Counted from the stretch's first letter, positions 1 to 10,800 are shown. The stretch: DNA of 64,000 nucleotides from an uncultured Candidatus Rokubacteria bacterium (GCA_963708025.1 CAVPSB010000012.1:256001-320000); one strand, 5' to 3'. The notes: generated from the sequence alone by a model not told the origin. Numbers and translations are program-made.

Positions 1-2
1 TC

Positions 3-425
3 CGGAACATCGTCGTCGTCTTCATCGTCACCTCCTGGCCGATCTACGCCCGGGTGGTCCGGGGCTCGGTGCTGAGCCTGCGGGAGCTGGATTTCGTCTC
101 CGCGGCGCGAGCGCTGGGGCGCCGGGAGGCCGGCATTCTGCTCCGCCACATCACGCCCAACACGATCGCCCCGCTGACGGTCATCGCCTTCTTCGAGATG
201 GCGCGCATGATCATCACCGAGGCCGCCCTCGGCTTCCTGGGTCTCGGCGTGCAGCCGCCCATCGCCACCTGGGGGAACATGCTGGCCGACGGCCGGGATT
301 ACATCCGCGATGCCTGGTGGCTGTCCGCCTTCCCCGGGCTCGCCATCATGGTCACCGCCAGCGGCGTCAACTTGCTGGGCGACGGCTTGCGGGACCTGCT
401 CGATCCCCGCGACCGGAACCGTTGA
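3..425 (+). CDS. Peptide/nickel ABC transporter permease (DppC/OppC family), 5' end outside the window
   Basis: EAA-like loop DFVSAARALG, plus EAALGFLGLGVQPP and NLLGDGLRDLLDP; frame is open from the window start. Confidence 0.92.
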   Translation, partial: RNIVVVFIVTSWPIYARVVRGSVLSLRELDFVSAARALGRREAGILLRHITPNTIAPLTVIAFFEMARMIITEAALGFLGLGVQPPIATWGNMLADGRDYIRDAWWLSAFPGLAIMVTASGVNLLGDGLRDLLDPRDRNR

Positions 426-439
426 GGAGGCCTTCTCTC

Positions 440-2623
440 GTGCAGAGCCACCGACTCGGCTGTGACATCGGCGGGACGTTCACCGACCTGGTGCTGCTGG
501 ACGAGGAGAACGGCAGCGTCGAGGTGCTCAAGGTGCCCAGCACACCCGCCGACCCGGCGGCGGCGGTGCTCGACGGCACCCGCACGCTCCTCGAGCGCGC
601 CGGGGCGACGGCCGGGGGGGTGGTGGCCTTCATCCACGGGACTACCCTGGCCGTGAACACGCTGCTCCAGCGATCGGGGGACCGGGTCGGCCTCATCGTG
701 ACCCGCGGGTTCCGGGACCTCCTGGAGCTGCGCCGCCTCCGCCTGCGCGAGGCGCAGAACTTCTTCGTGGACAAGCCCGAGGCGCTGGTGCCGCGGGAGC
801 TGGTGCGCGAGGTGAGCGAGCGCCTCCTGGTCAGCGGCGAGGAGTACCGGCCCCTCGATCGGAGGGAGGTCGAGCGGGCCGCCGACGAGCTGGTGGCGGC
901 CGGCTGCCAGGCGATCTCCATCTGCTTCCTGCACAGCTACGTCGATGGCGCCCACGAGCGGGCGACCCGGGCCCTGGTCGAGGCGCGGCACCCAGGCGTC
1001 TACGTCTGCACGTCCCACGAGCTGTGGCCCCAGCGCCGCGAGTACGAGCGCGGCCTGGTCACGGTCATGAACGCCCACGTCGGCGGCCGGATGCGCGAGT
1101 ACTTCGGGCGGCTCGAGCGCGGGCTTCGGGGACTCGGGGACTTCAGGGCGCCGGTGCTGTCGATGCGGTCGAACGGCGGCGTGATGACCGCGCGCTCGGC
1201 GGGCGAGCTGCCGGCGCACACCCTGTTCAGCGGTCCGGCCTCGGGGGTGATCGGGGCGGCCTGGGTGGCGGCCCAGGCCGGCTGGCCGCGGGTGATCACG
1301 CTGGACATGGGCGGCACCTCGGCCGACGTCTCGGTGGTGGACGGCGGCCCGGCCTACTCGACCGAGGCGATGGTGGGGGAGTTCCCGGTCATCATGCCGT
1401 CCATCGACATCTCCTCCATCGGCGCCGGCGGGGGCTCCATCGCCCGTGTGGACTCGGCGGGCCTGCTCAAGGTCGGGCCGACCTCGGCCGGCTCCGACCC
1501 GGGTCCGGCCTGCTACGGCCGGGGCGGGACGCAGCCGACGGTCACCGACGCCTACGTCACGCTCGGCGTCCTCCACCCCGAGCGGTTCCTGGGCGGCGAC
1601 CTGCCGCTCGACCCGGACCGCGCCCACGCCGCGCTGGAGGCGCTGGGCGGCCGCCTGGGGATCGATCGCCACGAGGCCGCCTGGGCGGTGCTGGAGGTCG
1701 CCACCGCCAACATGTACGCCCAGCTCACGCCGCTCCTCGCCAAGCACGGCGTGGATCCCCGCGAGTACGCCATCCTGCCCTACGGCGGCGCCGGGCCGAC
1801 CCACGTGTTCCTGCTGGTCCGCGAGGTTGGCATCCCGCGCGTGGTGGTGCCGGTCCTGCCGGGGGCGCTCTGCGCGCTCGGCTGCCTCGTCGCCGACCTC
1901 CGGGCGGACTTCGTCGCCACCGTCCAGCGCCAGTCGACGGAGCTCCCGGCCCACGAGCTGGAGAAGGCCTTCCAGGACCTGGAGGGGCGAGCGCGCGACT
2001 GGATCAAGCGGGAAGGCCTGCCGGTCCCGGAGCAGCGGTTCCTCCGCTCCGCGGAGATGCGCTACACGGGCCAGTCCTTCGAGGTCAGCGTGCCGCTGCC
2101 CGGGGGCCCGATCACCGAGTTCGCTCCCGTGCTGGCGGCCTTTCACCAGGCCTACGATCGGACGTACGGCTACGTGGACCAGGCGGCGCCGGTCGAGGTG
2201 GTCGACGTGCGCCTCCAGGTCGTGGCCACCGTGCCGCGCCCGGCGCCGTCGCCGCCGGCGACCGTGGTGGCGCGGGACGTCCCGGCGCCGTCGCGCCGAC
2301 GCCTCTACTTCGACGGCAGCTTCGTGGACGCGGCCGTCCATCGGCGAGCGGACCTCCGGCCGGGGGACATCTTCCCCGGGCCGGCGGTCGTGGAGCAGTA
2401 CGACAGCACCACGCTGCTGCCGCCGGGCTTCCGGATGCGGGTGGACGCCTGGGGCAACCTGATCGGCGAGGCCGTTGTGAGAGCTCGGGCAGGAATTCGC
2501 CACGACGAGTGGCGAGAGACGGAGCTCGATTCCCCGCGCGGGGGCAGCGCGGGAGTCGCGAGGACCAGCCCCCCTCCCCCCGGTGGGTGGGGAGGGGACG
2601 GGGGTGGGGGAGGTACCGAATGA
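440..2623 (+). CDS. Hydantoinase A / 5-oxoprolinase alpha-type subunit
   Basis: DIGGTFTD, HGTT, SGPASG, DMGGTS, GAGGGS and GPACYG motifs; GTG at 440 after GAGGAGG; low-complexity C-terminal tail reads through a repeat. Confidence 0.92.
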   Translation: MQSHRLGCDIGGTFTDLVLLDEENGSVEVLKVPSTPADPAAAVLDGTRTLLERAGATAGGVVAFIHGTTLAVNTLLQRSGDRVGLIVTRGFRDLLELRRLRLREAQNFFVDKPEALVPRELVREVSERLLVSGEEYRPLDRREVERAADELVAAGCQAISICFLHSYVDGAHERATRALVEARHPGVYVCTSHELWPQRREYERGLVTVMNAHVGGRMREYFGRLERGLRGLGDFRAPVLSMRSNGGVMTARSAGELPAHTLFSGPASGVIGAAWVAAQAGWPRVITLDMGGTSADVSVVDGGPAYSTEAMVGEFPVIMPSIDISSIGAGGGSIARVDSAGLLKVGPTSAGSDPGPACYGRGGTQPTVTDAYVTLGVLHPERFLGGDLPLDPDRAHAALEALGGRLGIDRHEAAWAVLEVATANMYAQLTPLLAKHGVDPREYAILPYGGAGPTHVFLLVREVGIPRVVVPVLPGALCALGCLVADLRADFVATVQRQSTELPAHELEKAFQDLEGRARDWIKREGLPVPEQRFLRSAEMRYTGQSFEVSVPLPGGPITEFAPVLAAFHQAYDRTYGYVDQAAPVEVVDVRLQVVATVPRPAPSPPATVVARDVPAPSRRRLYFDGSFVDAAVHRRADLRPGDIFPGPAVVEQYDSTTLLPPGFRMRVDAWGNLIGEAVVRARAGIRHDEWRETELDSPRGGSAGVARTSPPPPGGWGGDGGGGGTE
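2569..2619 (+). repeat. Dispersed C-rich/G-rich palindromic repeat, family A
   Basis: CCCCCTCCCCC-GGTGGGT-GGGGAGGGG ... GGGAGGT; related copies at 4623, 4782, 23079, 27163, 55471, 56506 and 62106. Confidence 0.8.
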
Positions 2624-4612
2624 AAGAGCGGGCGATCCTGCTGGAGGTGCTCCGGAACCGCTTTCAGGCCATCGTCGAGGAGATGGCGGTCCTCATCCTG
2701 CGGGCCGGGCACACGATCTTCGTCAAGGAGACCTCCGACTTCGGGGCCGCCCTCGTCTCGACGCGGGGCGAGGTGGCCGCCGCCCCGGTCGCGACCGGCG
2801 TCGCCCTGATGGTCGGGATGCCGTGCGACACGGCGGTCGCCCTCTCCCGGCAGCTCGGCGAGGACGAGGGCGACGTCTTCATCAGCAACGACGTCCACGC
2901 CACCGGCGGCATGGCCACCCACCTGCCGGACATCTTCGTCTGGAAGCCGATCTTCCACGAGGGGCAGGTGATCTGCTACGCGTGGACCTTCATGCACTGC
3001 TCCGACGTCGGGGGGCGGGTGCCCGGCTCCATCTCGCCGGCCAACACCGACATCTTCCAGGACGGCCTCCGCATCCCGGTGCTGAAGCTCTTCAAGCGAG
3101 GCGGCCTGAACGAGGACTTCCTGCGTCTCTTCATGGCCAACTGCCGCATCCCGGACACCAACTGGGGGGACATCAAGGCCCTGGTCGCCTCGCTGAACAC
3201 GGCGGAGAAGCGCGTGCACGACCTGGTCGGCCGCTACGGCGCCGACGCCGTCCACAAGGGGATCGAGCAGGTGCTCGATTACGCCGAGCTGCAGGCCCGG
3301 GAGGCGTTCGCGCAGATCCCCGACGGGACCTACGTCTTCTGGGACTACCTGGAGGGGGACGCCGGCGGCGGGCGGCCGATCCGGGTCAAGCTCGCGATGC
3401 GGGTCCAGGCCGGGGAGATCACGCTGGACTTCTCCGACACCGACCCGCAGACTCGCGAGTCCTACAGCCTTCCCACCCACGAGAAGCGGGGCCACTGGCA
3501 GCTGGTGTTCGGCCTGGTGAACTACCTCCGCTCGACGCGCGGGGACCTCGCCTTCAACTCCGGGCTGGTGCGTCCCATCGGCGTGGTGGCGCCGCGCGGC
3601 AGCCTCCTCAACCCCGAGCCCGGCGTCTCGGTCGGCAACCGCTCCGCGACGCAGGTGCGCCTCCTGGACGTGGTGACGGGAGCGCTGGCGCAGGCCCGGC
3701 CCGACCTGATCCCCGCCGCCGGCGCCGGGCAGGCCTCGATCATGGTGATCCAGCTCCCGGACCTGGCAGACCGGCGGCAACAAGGTGAACGTCGTGCAGC
3801 CGCTGATGGGCGGCTCGGGCGCCCGGCCGTTCCGGGACGGCATCGACGGCATCGACTACGCGTGGGGGTTTCTCCGGAACGTGCCGGCCGAGGCCATCGA
3901 GACGGAGCTGCCGATCCTGATCGAGCGCTACGGCATGCGCCCCGACTCCATGGGCGCGGGACGCTGGCGCGGCGGTGCCGGCATCGAGCTGGAGGTGAAG
4001 GTCTTCCCCCCCAACGCCCACGTCGCCTCGCGGGCGATGGAGCGCTACGTCTTCCGGCCGTGGGGCCGCCAGGGCGGTGGCCCGGCGTGCACGGGCTACA
4101 CGCGCCTCAATCCGGGCACGCCGCGCGAGAAGGAGATCGGCAAGATCGACGTGCTGCGCCTCGAGCCGGGGGACGTGATCCGCGTCGGGACGCAGGGGGG
4201 CGGTGGGTTCGGCGATCCGCTGGAGCGCGAGCCCGAGCGCGTCCGGGCCGACGTCCAGGCGGGCCTCCTGAGCCGGGAGCGGGCGCGCGAGGACTACGGC
4301 GTCGTGTTCGGTGGCGACGGCGTCGACACCAAGGCCACCGAGGCGCTGCGGGCCGGGATGCGCCGGCGACACACCGGCCCGGTGCCGGCGTTCAGCTTCG
4401 GCGCCGAGCGGGAGGCCTACGAGCGGCTCTGGCCCGACCCGCTGCGCACCGCGCTGGTCCGGGCGCTCCTGCCCTATCCCGGGCGCTTGCGGACGTTTCT
4501 CTGGGAGCGGGTGAGCCGGGCGGTCGAGGAGCGGGTCCAGGCCGGCGACACCGTGACCCCGGAGGCGGTGCCGGGCATGCTGGCGGCAACCCTTTCCGGC
4601 CTGCGTTATTGA
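2620..4612 (+). CDS. Hydantoinase B / oxoprolinase beta-type subunit (frameshift near 3770)
   Basis: ATGA overlap with subunit A; THLPD, HCSDVGG-VPGS, GAGRWRGG and GGGGFGDP motifs; continues in ORF 3785-4612. Confidence 0.9.
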
Positions 4613-4844
4613 TGCGGGTTCTTCCGGCCCCCTCCCCCCAGCCACAGGCCGAAGGCCGTCCAACCGTAGAGGGAGAGGGGCTGGGGGGAGGGCGGGAGGT
4701 CCCCAGATGTCGTGACCCCGGAGGCGGTGCCGGGGATGGTCGCGGCAACCCTTTCCGGTCTCCGCTACTGATGCGGGTTCCTTCCGGCCCCCCTCCCCCC
4801 GGTGGGTGGGGGAGGGGGGTTGGGGGGAGGGCGGGAGGTATCGA
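4552..4844 (+). repeat. Tandem duplication (period ~159 bp) of the hydantoinase B 3' end plus a family A repeat
   Basis: 4552-4639 aligns with 4711-4800; each copy is followed by a variant family A element. Confidence 0.9.
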
Positions 4845-5732
4845 ATGACCGAGGCGCCGCCGCATCATCTCGTTCCGGCCTTCCTGCTCCGCCGGTTCGC
4901 CGACGAGGCGGGGCGGGTTCTCGTCGAGCGCCGGGACCGGAGCCGGCGGCTGATCCTGTCCCCCGACCAGGCGGCGGCGGACTCGGGGGCCTACACCGTC
5001 GGGCCGGGGGCCGGCGCCGCCGGAGGCCTCGAGCCCTTGCTGAGCCGCATCGAGGCCGGCGCGCCGGCCGCCGTCGAGCGCATGGTCGGGGGCGCCTTTC
5101 CGCCGACCGAGGCGGATCGCGCGTGCCTCTCGGTGTTCTTCGGCCTCCGGCTGCTGCTGGCCCCGGGGCCGCGCGCAGCCGTGGCGCAGGCGGTGAGCGT
5201 GCTCGGCGAGATCGTCGGCGCCGGCGTGGAGCAGCTCGAGCAGGCGGCCGCGGAGGCCGAAGAGGACGACACCCCCGACACCCCCGATACCCCAGAGGCG
5301 TCCGAGGCCCCCGACGCGCCGCCGCCGCCCGAGGCGGCGCACGTACTGCTGCACGACGGCGAGCCGACCCCCCGCAGCCTCGCCCGCCTGCCCCGGGTGG
5401 CGCGGCTCCTGGCCGCGCGGACGTGGCAGCTCCTCCGGTTCCCGGGCCGGGTTCTCCTCACCGGGGACGCGCCGGCGGTGTTGTGGAGTCGGCCGGGCGG
5501 GGCCAAGCTCTACCAGGTCGGCCTCGTCACGGCGGATGAGGTTCGCGTCCCGCTCGATCCCCGGCACGCGCTCATCCTGGCCCGCCACGGCCCGGCCGGC
5601 GAGGTCGTACGCGACCTGGGCGACCGCCACGCCCGGGCGCTCAACCGGACGGTGGCGGAGGCGGCACTCGCGTGGATGTACTACCACCCCGAGTCCGACC
5701 CCATGGAAGGGGTCGAGCTGCCCACGCCGTGA
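4845..5732 (+). CDS. DUF4238 domain protein
   Basis: N-terminal HHLVPAFLLRRF and later LLTGDAP...VPLDP motifs; ATG after GGAGGT. Confidence 0.75.
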   Translation: MTEAPPHHLVPAFLLRRFADEAGRVLVERRDRSRRLILSPDQAAADSGAYTVGPGAGAAGGLEPLLSRIEAGAPAAVERMVGGAFPPTEADRACLSVFFGLRLLLAPGPRAAVAQAVSVLGEIVGAGVEQLEQAAAEAEEDDTPDTPDTPEASEAPDAPPPPEAAHVLLHDGEPTPRSLARLPRVARLLAARTWQLLRFPGRVLLTGDAPAVLWSRPGGAKLYQVGLVTADEVRVPLDPRHALILARHGPAGEVVRDLGDRHARALNRTVAEAALAWMYYHPESDPMEGVELPTP

Positions 5733-5935
5733 AGCTCTTCGGGGGGTCTCGGAAGACCCCCCCCGAGGCCCCCCCTCGGAGGCCGCGACTCTTGGACGGC
5801 CTTCGGCCTTTGGGCCGCGGCGCGGAGCGGAACGCCTTGGCCGCGCGGCCGCGGCAGAGCGTCGCGAGAAGCCGACGGGATGGTGGGAGCGGGAGGGCCG
5901 TTCCCCCGGTGGCTCGTCCTCGGTAAGGTAGAGTC

Positions 5936-7039
5936 GTGAGCTCCCCCGACACCGTCTTCTACACACGGGTATTCGGGCTCGTCGCCATCGGCCTGCTGGC
6001 GCTCGCGCTGTTCAGGATCCTCCAGCCGTTCGTCGGGCCGATGCTGTGGGCGCTGCTCCTCGCCTTCATGCTCGCTCCGGCCAACCAGGCGATCCGGCAC
6101 GCGGTGAAGGAGCGGCGGGGGGCCGCCGCGCTGCTCCTGACCCTGGCCACCACGCTGCTCGTGGTGGGCCCCGGCGCGGGGTTGACGGTGGCGTTCGCCC
6201 AGCAGGGGGCGGACCTGATCGGCGTCCTGCAGGAGGTCGCCGCCCGCTACCACATCGGCGAGGCGGCCGATCTCCTCCGGGTGCCGGTGCTGGATCGCGC
6301 CATCCGCTGGCTGAGCCGGTTCGCCCCGATCAGCGTGGGCCAGATCCAGTCCTGGACCGTCGAGGGAGGCCAGGCGCTCCTCCGCGCGCTCGTCGGCGTC
6401 AGCGGCGCGCTCCTGTCCGGAGCGCTCGGGGTCGTCGTCAACTTCGTCCTGATGCTCTTCCTGCTCTTCTTCTTCCTCCGCGACGGCGACGAGATGGCGG
6501 CGCGGGCGATCCGGCTGATCCCGATGGAGCCCGAGCGGAAGGCGCACCTCGCCGGGCACCTGACGGTGGTCACGCGGGCGGTGGTGCTCGGCTCGCTCGT
6601 CACGGCGCTCGTGCAGGGGTTCCTGGTGGGGATCGCGCTGGCCATCGTCGGCCTGCCCTCGCCGGTGGTGTTCGGCGTCTTCGCCGCGATCGCGTCGCTG
6701 GTGCCGCTGGTCGGCACCGCCCTCATCTGGGTGCCGGCCGGCGTCGCCCTGCTGGTGCAGGGCCGGGTGGGCGCCGCGGTGTTCGTGCTGCTGTGGGGCG
6801 CGCTGGCGGTCTCGTCCGCCGACAACTTCGTCCGGCCACTGTTCATCTCGGGCCGCGCCCAGATCTCGACGCTCCCGGTGTTCCTGGGACTGATGGGGGG
6901 GCTCAGCGCCTTCGGCGCCATCGGCATGGTTCTGGGGCCGGTCATCGTGGCGCTCGTCATCGCGCTCCTGGGCTTCGTCGAGGCGTCGCGGGCCGCCGAG
7001 CCGCCGCCCGTGCCGGCCGCGCCCACCGACTCCTCCTGA
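5936..7039 (+). CDS. AI-2E family transporter
   Basis: Multiple TM segments; PLVGTALIWVP, DNFVRP and GGLSAFGAIGMVLGP motifs. Confidence 0.9.
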   Translation: MSSPDTVFYTRVFGLVAIGLLALALFRILQPFVGPMLWALLLAFMLAPANQAIRHAVKERRGAAALLLTLATTLLVVGPGAGLTVAFAQQGADLIGVLQEVAARYHIGEAADLLRVPVLDRAIRWLSRFAPISVGQIQSWTVEGGQALLRALVGVSGALLSGALGVVVNFVLMLFLLFFFLRDGDEMAARAIRLIPMEPERKAHLAGHLTVVTRAVVLGSLVTALVQGFLVGIALAIVGLPSPVVFGVFAAIASLVPLVGTALIWVPAGVALLVQGRVGAAVFVLLWGALAVSSADNFVRPLFISGRAQISTLPVFLGLMGGLSAFGAIGMVLGPVIVALVIALLGFVEASRAAEPPPVPAAPTDSS

Positions 7040-7074
7040 GCGGCGGACCGGGGCTCGAATCGGAGGAGGGCCGC

Positions 7075-7488
7075 TCAGGAAGGGGAGAGGGCGGGGTCTC
7101 CTGCCGGGAAGACCCGGGCGATCGGCATCACGATGAAGCCGGCGGCCACCGGCACCTGAACGCGACCGCGGGCGGGGCGATCGCCGAAGGGCCACGCGCC
7201 GATCCGCACGAGCCGGGCGATGCGCCGGCTCACGCTTCGCTGGTCCCGTCCCACCAGCCGTCCGATCTCGCCCTGCCCCCGGATGCCCTGACGCCAGAGC
7301 TCGACGATGGCGCGGTCGATGTCCCGGTGGGCGGCCAGATCGAGTCCGCGCCGGACCGAGAGCCGGAACCGCCCTGGGCCCTCGGGAGGCCCCGAGTGGT
7401 CCGGCTCTCGGCCAGCGGTCCTGAGGGAGCCAGGCCGGGTGGGCTCCTCCCAGGCACCGCGCGATGCGCCGTTCGGCGCGCTCCTCAT
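7075..7488 (-). CDS. Hypothetical protein with a winged-HTH-like segment
   Basis: ATGA overlap with the HicB-like stop; DIDRAIVELWRQG...EIGRLVGRDQRSVSRRIARL resembles a Lrp/MarR-type HTH. Confidence 0.55.
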   Translation of the reverse strand: MRSAPNGASRGAWEEPTRPGSLRTAGREPDHSGPPEGPGRFRLSVRRGLDLAAHRDIDRAIVELWRQGIRGQGEIGRLVGRDQRSVSRRIARLVRIGAWPFGDRPARGRVQVPVAAGFIVMPIARVFPAGDPALSPS

Positions 7489-7691
7489 ATGTCCAGGACC
7501 TCGACGACCACGCCCTGCCTCGCCGCGTCCGCTCCACCGCCGCCCCGGATGTCCCAGAGCTCCTGGATGGCCGCGATCAGCCGGGCGCGCGCCTCGCCGA
7601 CGGTCGCGCCTTCGGTGAAGGCGCCGGGGACCTGATCGGTCCACCCCACCCAGTACGTGCCTTCCCTCACGAACTTCGCCTGGATCTGCAT
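7485..7691 (-). CDS. HicB-like (partial RNase H fold) small protein, 68 aa
   Basis: YWVGWTDQVPGAFTEGATVGEARARLIAAI matches the HicB family pattern; GGAGG SD upstream. Confidence 0.8.
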   Translation of the reverse strand: MQIQAKFVREGTYWVGWTDQVPGAFTEGATVGEARARLIAAIQELWDIRGGGGADAARQGVVVEVLDI

Positions 7692-7716
7692 GTCGCCTCC
7701 GCTGCTGGAAGAGATA

Positions 7717-7733
7717 CGCAGCCGTGGTGCCAA
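7717..7733 (-). promoter_or_regulatory. Sigma54 (-24/-12) promoter facing the HicB-like gene
   Basis: Minus strand TTGGCAC-CACGG-CTGC with canonical GG-N10-GC spacing; predicted TSS ~7706, just upstream of the SD. Confidence 0.7.
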
Positions 7734-7802
7734 ACCGTGGTGCTGTAACGACGCGGGTTTCGGAGCGATCGGACCCGATCGGGCGGTGGTGGTGGTGGAA
7801 AC

Positions 7803-7831
7803 TTGAGCGGGGTTTCGACACCCGCTAAGAT
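7803..7831 (+). promoter_or_regulatory. Sigma70-type promoter of the activator gene, overlapped by an inverted repeat
   Basis: TTGAGC-17bp-TAAGAT; AGCGGG...CCCGCT inverted repeat at 7806-7826. Confidence 0.55.
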
Positions 7832-7840
7832 AGCCGGCGG

Positions 7841-10800
7841 GTGCGTGACGTGGATCCCCTGACCCAGCTCATCGGGGAGAGCCCGGCAATCGCGGCCGTG
7901 CGGGACAAGGTCCGGAGGCTGCTCCGGCGCCCGTCCGACTCCGGCCGCCTGCCACCGATCTTCATCCAGGGCGAGACCGGGACGGGCAAGGGCCTGCTGG
8001 CGCGGACGCTTCACGCCGCGAGCCCCCGGGCCGCCTCGCCGTTCGTCAACGTCAACTGTGCCGCGATCCCGGAGACCCTGCTCGAGTCGGAGATGTTCGG
8101 CTTCGAGCGGGGCGCGTTCACCGACGCGCGCCAGGCGAAGATGGGGCTGTTCCAGGCCGCCCATCACGGCACGATCTTCCTCGACGAGGTCGGCCTGCTC
8201 CCGGAGCCGCTGCAGGCGAAGCTCCTCAAGGTGATCGAGGACCACGCGGTGCGCCGGCTGGGCAGCACGAAGAGCGAGCCCATCGACGTGTGGATCGTGG
8301 CGGCGACCAGCGAGGATCTCGTCGCCGCCATGCGGACCCGGCGCTTCCGGGAGGACCTCTACCATCGCATCGCGGTGGTGAACGTCGCGCTGCCGGCGCT
8401 CCGCGAGCGCGGGGCGGACATCGTGCGCCTCGCCAAGCACTTCCTGGACCGCGCCTGCGCCGACTACGGGCTGGCCGGGAAGAGCCTGGCCCCCGAGGCC
8501 GAGGCGGCCCTCCTCGGCTATCCGTGGCCCGGGAACCTCCGCGAGCTGGCCAACGTGATGGAGCGGGTCGCCCTCCTCTCCGAGGCGCTGCGCGTGACCC
8601 GGGAGATGCTGGGGCTGCCGGCCGTCCGGCCCGTCGAGCGGGCGACGCCGTCCGTCCGGGGGCCGCGCTCCTTGCCGACCGCCGGCGCGGGCGCCGAGCG
8701 GGATCAACTCCTGGACGCCCTCCAGGCGGCGGGCTGGAACGTCAGCCGGGCGGCGGCCCGGCTGGGCATCTCGCGCAACACCATCCGCTATCGGCTCGAG
8801 AAGTACCGGATCCAGGCGCCCGGTCCCGCCGACCGGGCGTCCGCCTCGTCACGGTCGGCCCGGCCGCCGGCATCGAAGCGCGCCGCCGGCACCGGCGCCG
8901 ACCCGCTGCGCCTCGCGCCGGCTGCGCGGCCGGATCCGGTGCCGAGCCCGGTGTCGAGTCCGGCGCCGTCTCCGGCGCCAAGTCCGGTGCCGGGCCCGGT
9001 GGGGGGCGGGTGCCAGGTCCGGTGGTAGTCCGGTGGGAGCGCCGGCACGTCACGCTGCTCCGGGCCGTCGTCGGCGGCGCGACGCCGGAGGCCTCCGTCG
9101 CGGATCAGAGCCGCGCCCTGGCCGTGCTCGTCGATAAGGTACAGAGCTTCGGCGGCCGGCTCGAGGCGCTGAGCCAGACCGGCATCCAGGCCGAGTTCGG
9201 GCTCGAGACGTCGCCGGTGACCGAGGACGCTCCCGGGCGGGCGGCCCACGCGGCGATGGCGATGCAGAAGGCGGCGGAGCGCGGCCGGCAGTCGGATCCC
9301 GAACGGCCGGCCGTGCGGATCGCGCTCCACACCGGCGCCTTCCTGGTGGGGCGGGTGGGGGACGCGGCCGAGATCGAGCGGGAGGCCAAGCGGGAGGCGT
9401 GGGCGGTCCTGGAGGCGCTGGCGGGTCGCGTGGAGCCGAACGCGATCGCGGTGAGCGAGGGCGCGGCGAGGTTCCTCGAGCGGCGCTTCGAGCTGGAGCG
9501 CCTGCCGGGCTCGAATGGCGGTGCCTCGCCCGCCTACCGGCTGGCGGGGCGGGAGCGCGCGGGCTTCGGACTCGGGGGGCGGATCACCCGGCTCGTCGGA
9601 CGCCACCAGGAGCTGGCGCTGCTCGAGGGCCGCTGGGTCGCGGCGGCCCGCGGACTCGGCCACGCGGTCGGGATCGTGGGCGAGGCCGGGGTCGGCAAGT
9701 CTCGCCTCGTTCACGAGTTCCGCCACATCCTCGGGCGGCAGGGCGTCCTCCTGCTGCGGAGCCGGTGCGCCGCCCACACCCAGGCCACCGCGCTGGTGCC
9801 GCTCCTCGATCTCGTCAAGGTCCTCGGCCGGATCCGGGAGGACGACCCGCCGGACACCGCCCGCGCCAAGCTGGAGCAGACGCTGGCCGCGGTCGGACTG
9901 GCCGCGAGCCACCAGGCCGCGCTCCTCGAGGTGCTCGGCCTCGTCCCCGCACCGCACGAGTCGCCCCTGGAGCCCGAGGCCCGGCGTCGCCGGACCTTCG
10001 AAGCGCTCGGCGCCCTCGGGCTGACCGGGACCGTCGGCCGCCCGATCGTGATCGTCATCGAGGATCTCCAGTGGGTGGACCGCTCGACCGAGGAGTTCCT
10101 GTCCAGCTTCCTCCCCCGGATCGAGCGGGCGCCAGTCCTGTTCGTCTTCACCTATCGCCCGGAGTACGAGCCGCCGTGGACGAGAGGGCCGTTTTACACG
10201 CGCATCCCGATCCGCGAGCTGACCGAGAGCGAGGCCGCCGAGCTGCTCGGGGCGCTGCTGCCGGCCGGGGTTCCCGAGGCGACCCGGCGAGCGATCCTCG
10301 ACCGGGCCCGGGGCAACGCCTTCTTCCTGGAGGAGCAGGCCCGCGCCGCCGTGGAGCGCGGCGGGCTGGCGCCGTCGGATCCGGTGCCGGACACGATCCA
10401 GGGCGTGATCATGGACCGGATCGACCGGCTGCCCGACACGGCGAAGCGACTCTTGCAAGCCGCGTCCGTCCTGGGTCGGGAGGTCTCGCCGCGCGTCCTC
10501 GAGACGGCGTGGCGCGGGCTGGGATCGGGAGGCGGCGACCTGTCGCTGCACCTCGCCACGCTCGTGCTGAGCGACTTCCTCTACGAGCGGACCGGCGCCG
10601 ACGAGCCGCTCTACGTGTTCAAGCACGGGCTCACCCAGGAGGTGGCCTACGCGAGCCTGCCGGCGGCGGACCGGCGTGGCCTCCACGCGGCGGCGGCCAG
10701 CGCCCTGGAGACGCTGTACGGCGACCGGCTGCCCGAGGTCTACGATCGCCTGGCCTACCACTACGCGCAGACCGATCAGGCCGAGAAGGCCGTGCTGTAC

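Noticed and set aside
4552-4800. Duplicated gene tails (here and 40211/42679) as DGR template/variable repeats
   Set aside because: Mismatches are not adenine-specific and there is no reverse transcriptase in the window
5268-5297. 9-bp coding repeat (DTPDTPDTP) in DUF4238
   Set aside because: Short in-frame linker expansion with no sign of further function
9030-9540. Active adenylate cyclase within the STAND protein
   Set aside because: Both metal-binding Asp motifs are absent, so it is treated as a degenerate domain
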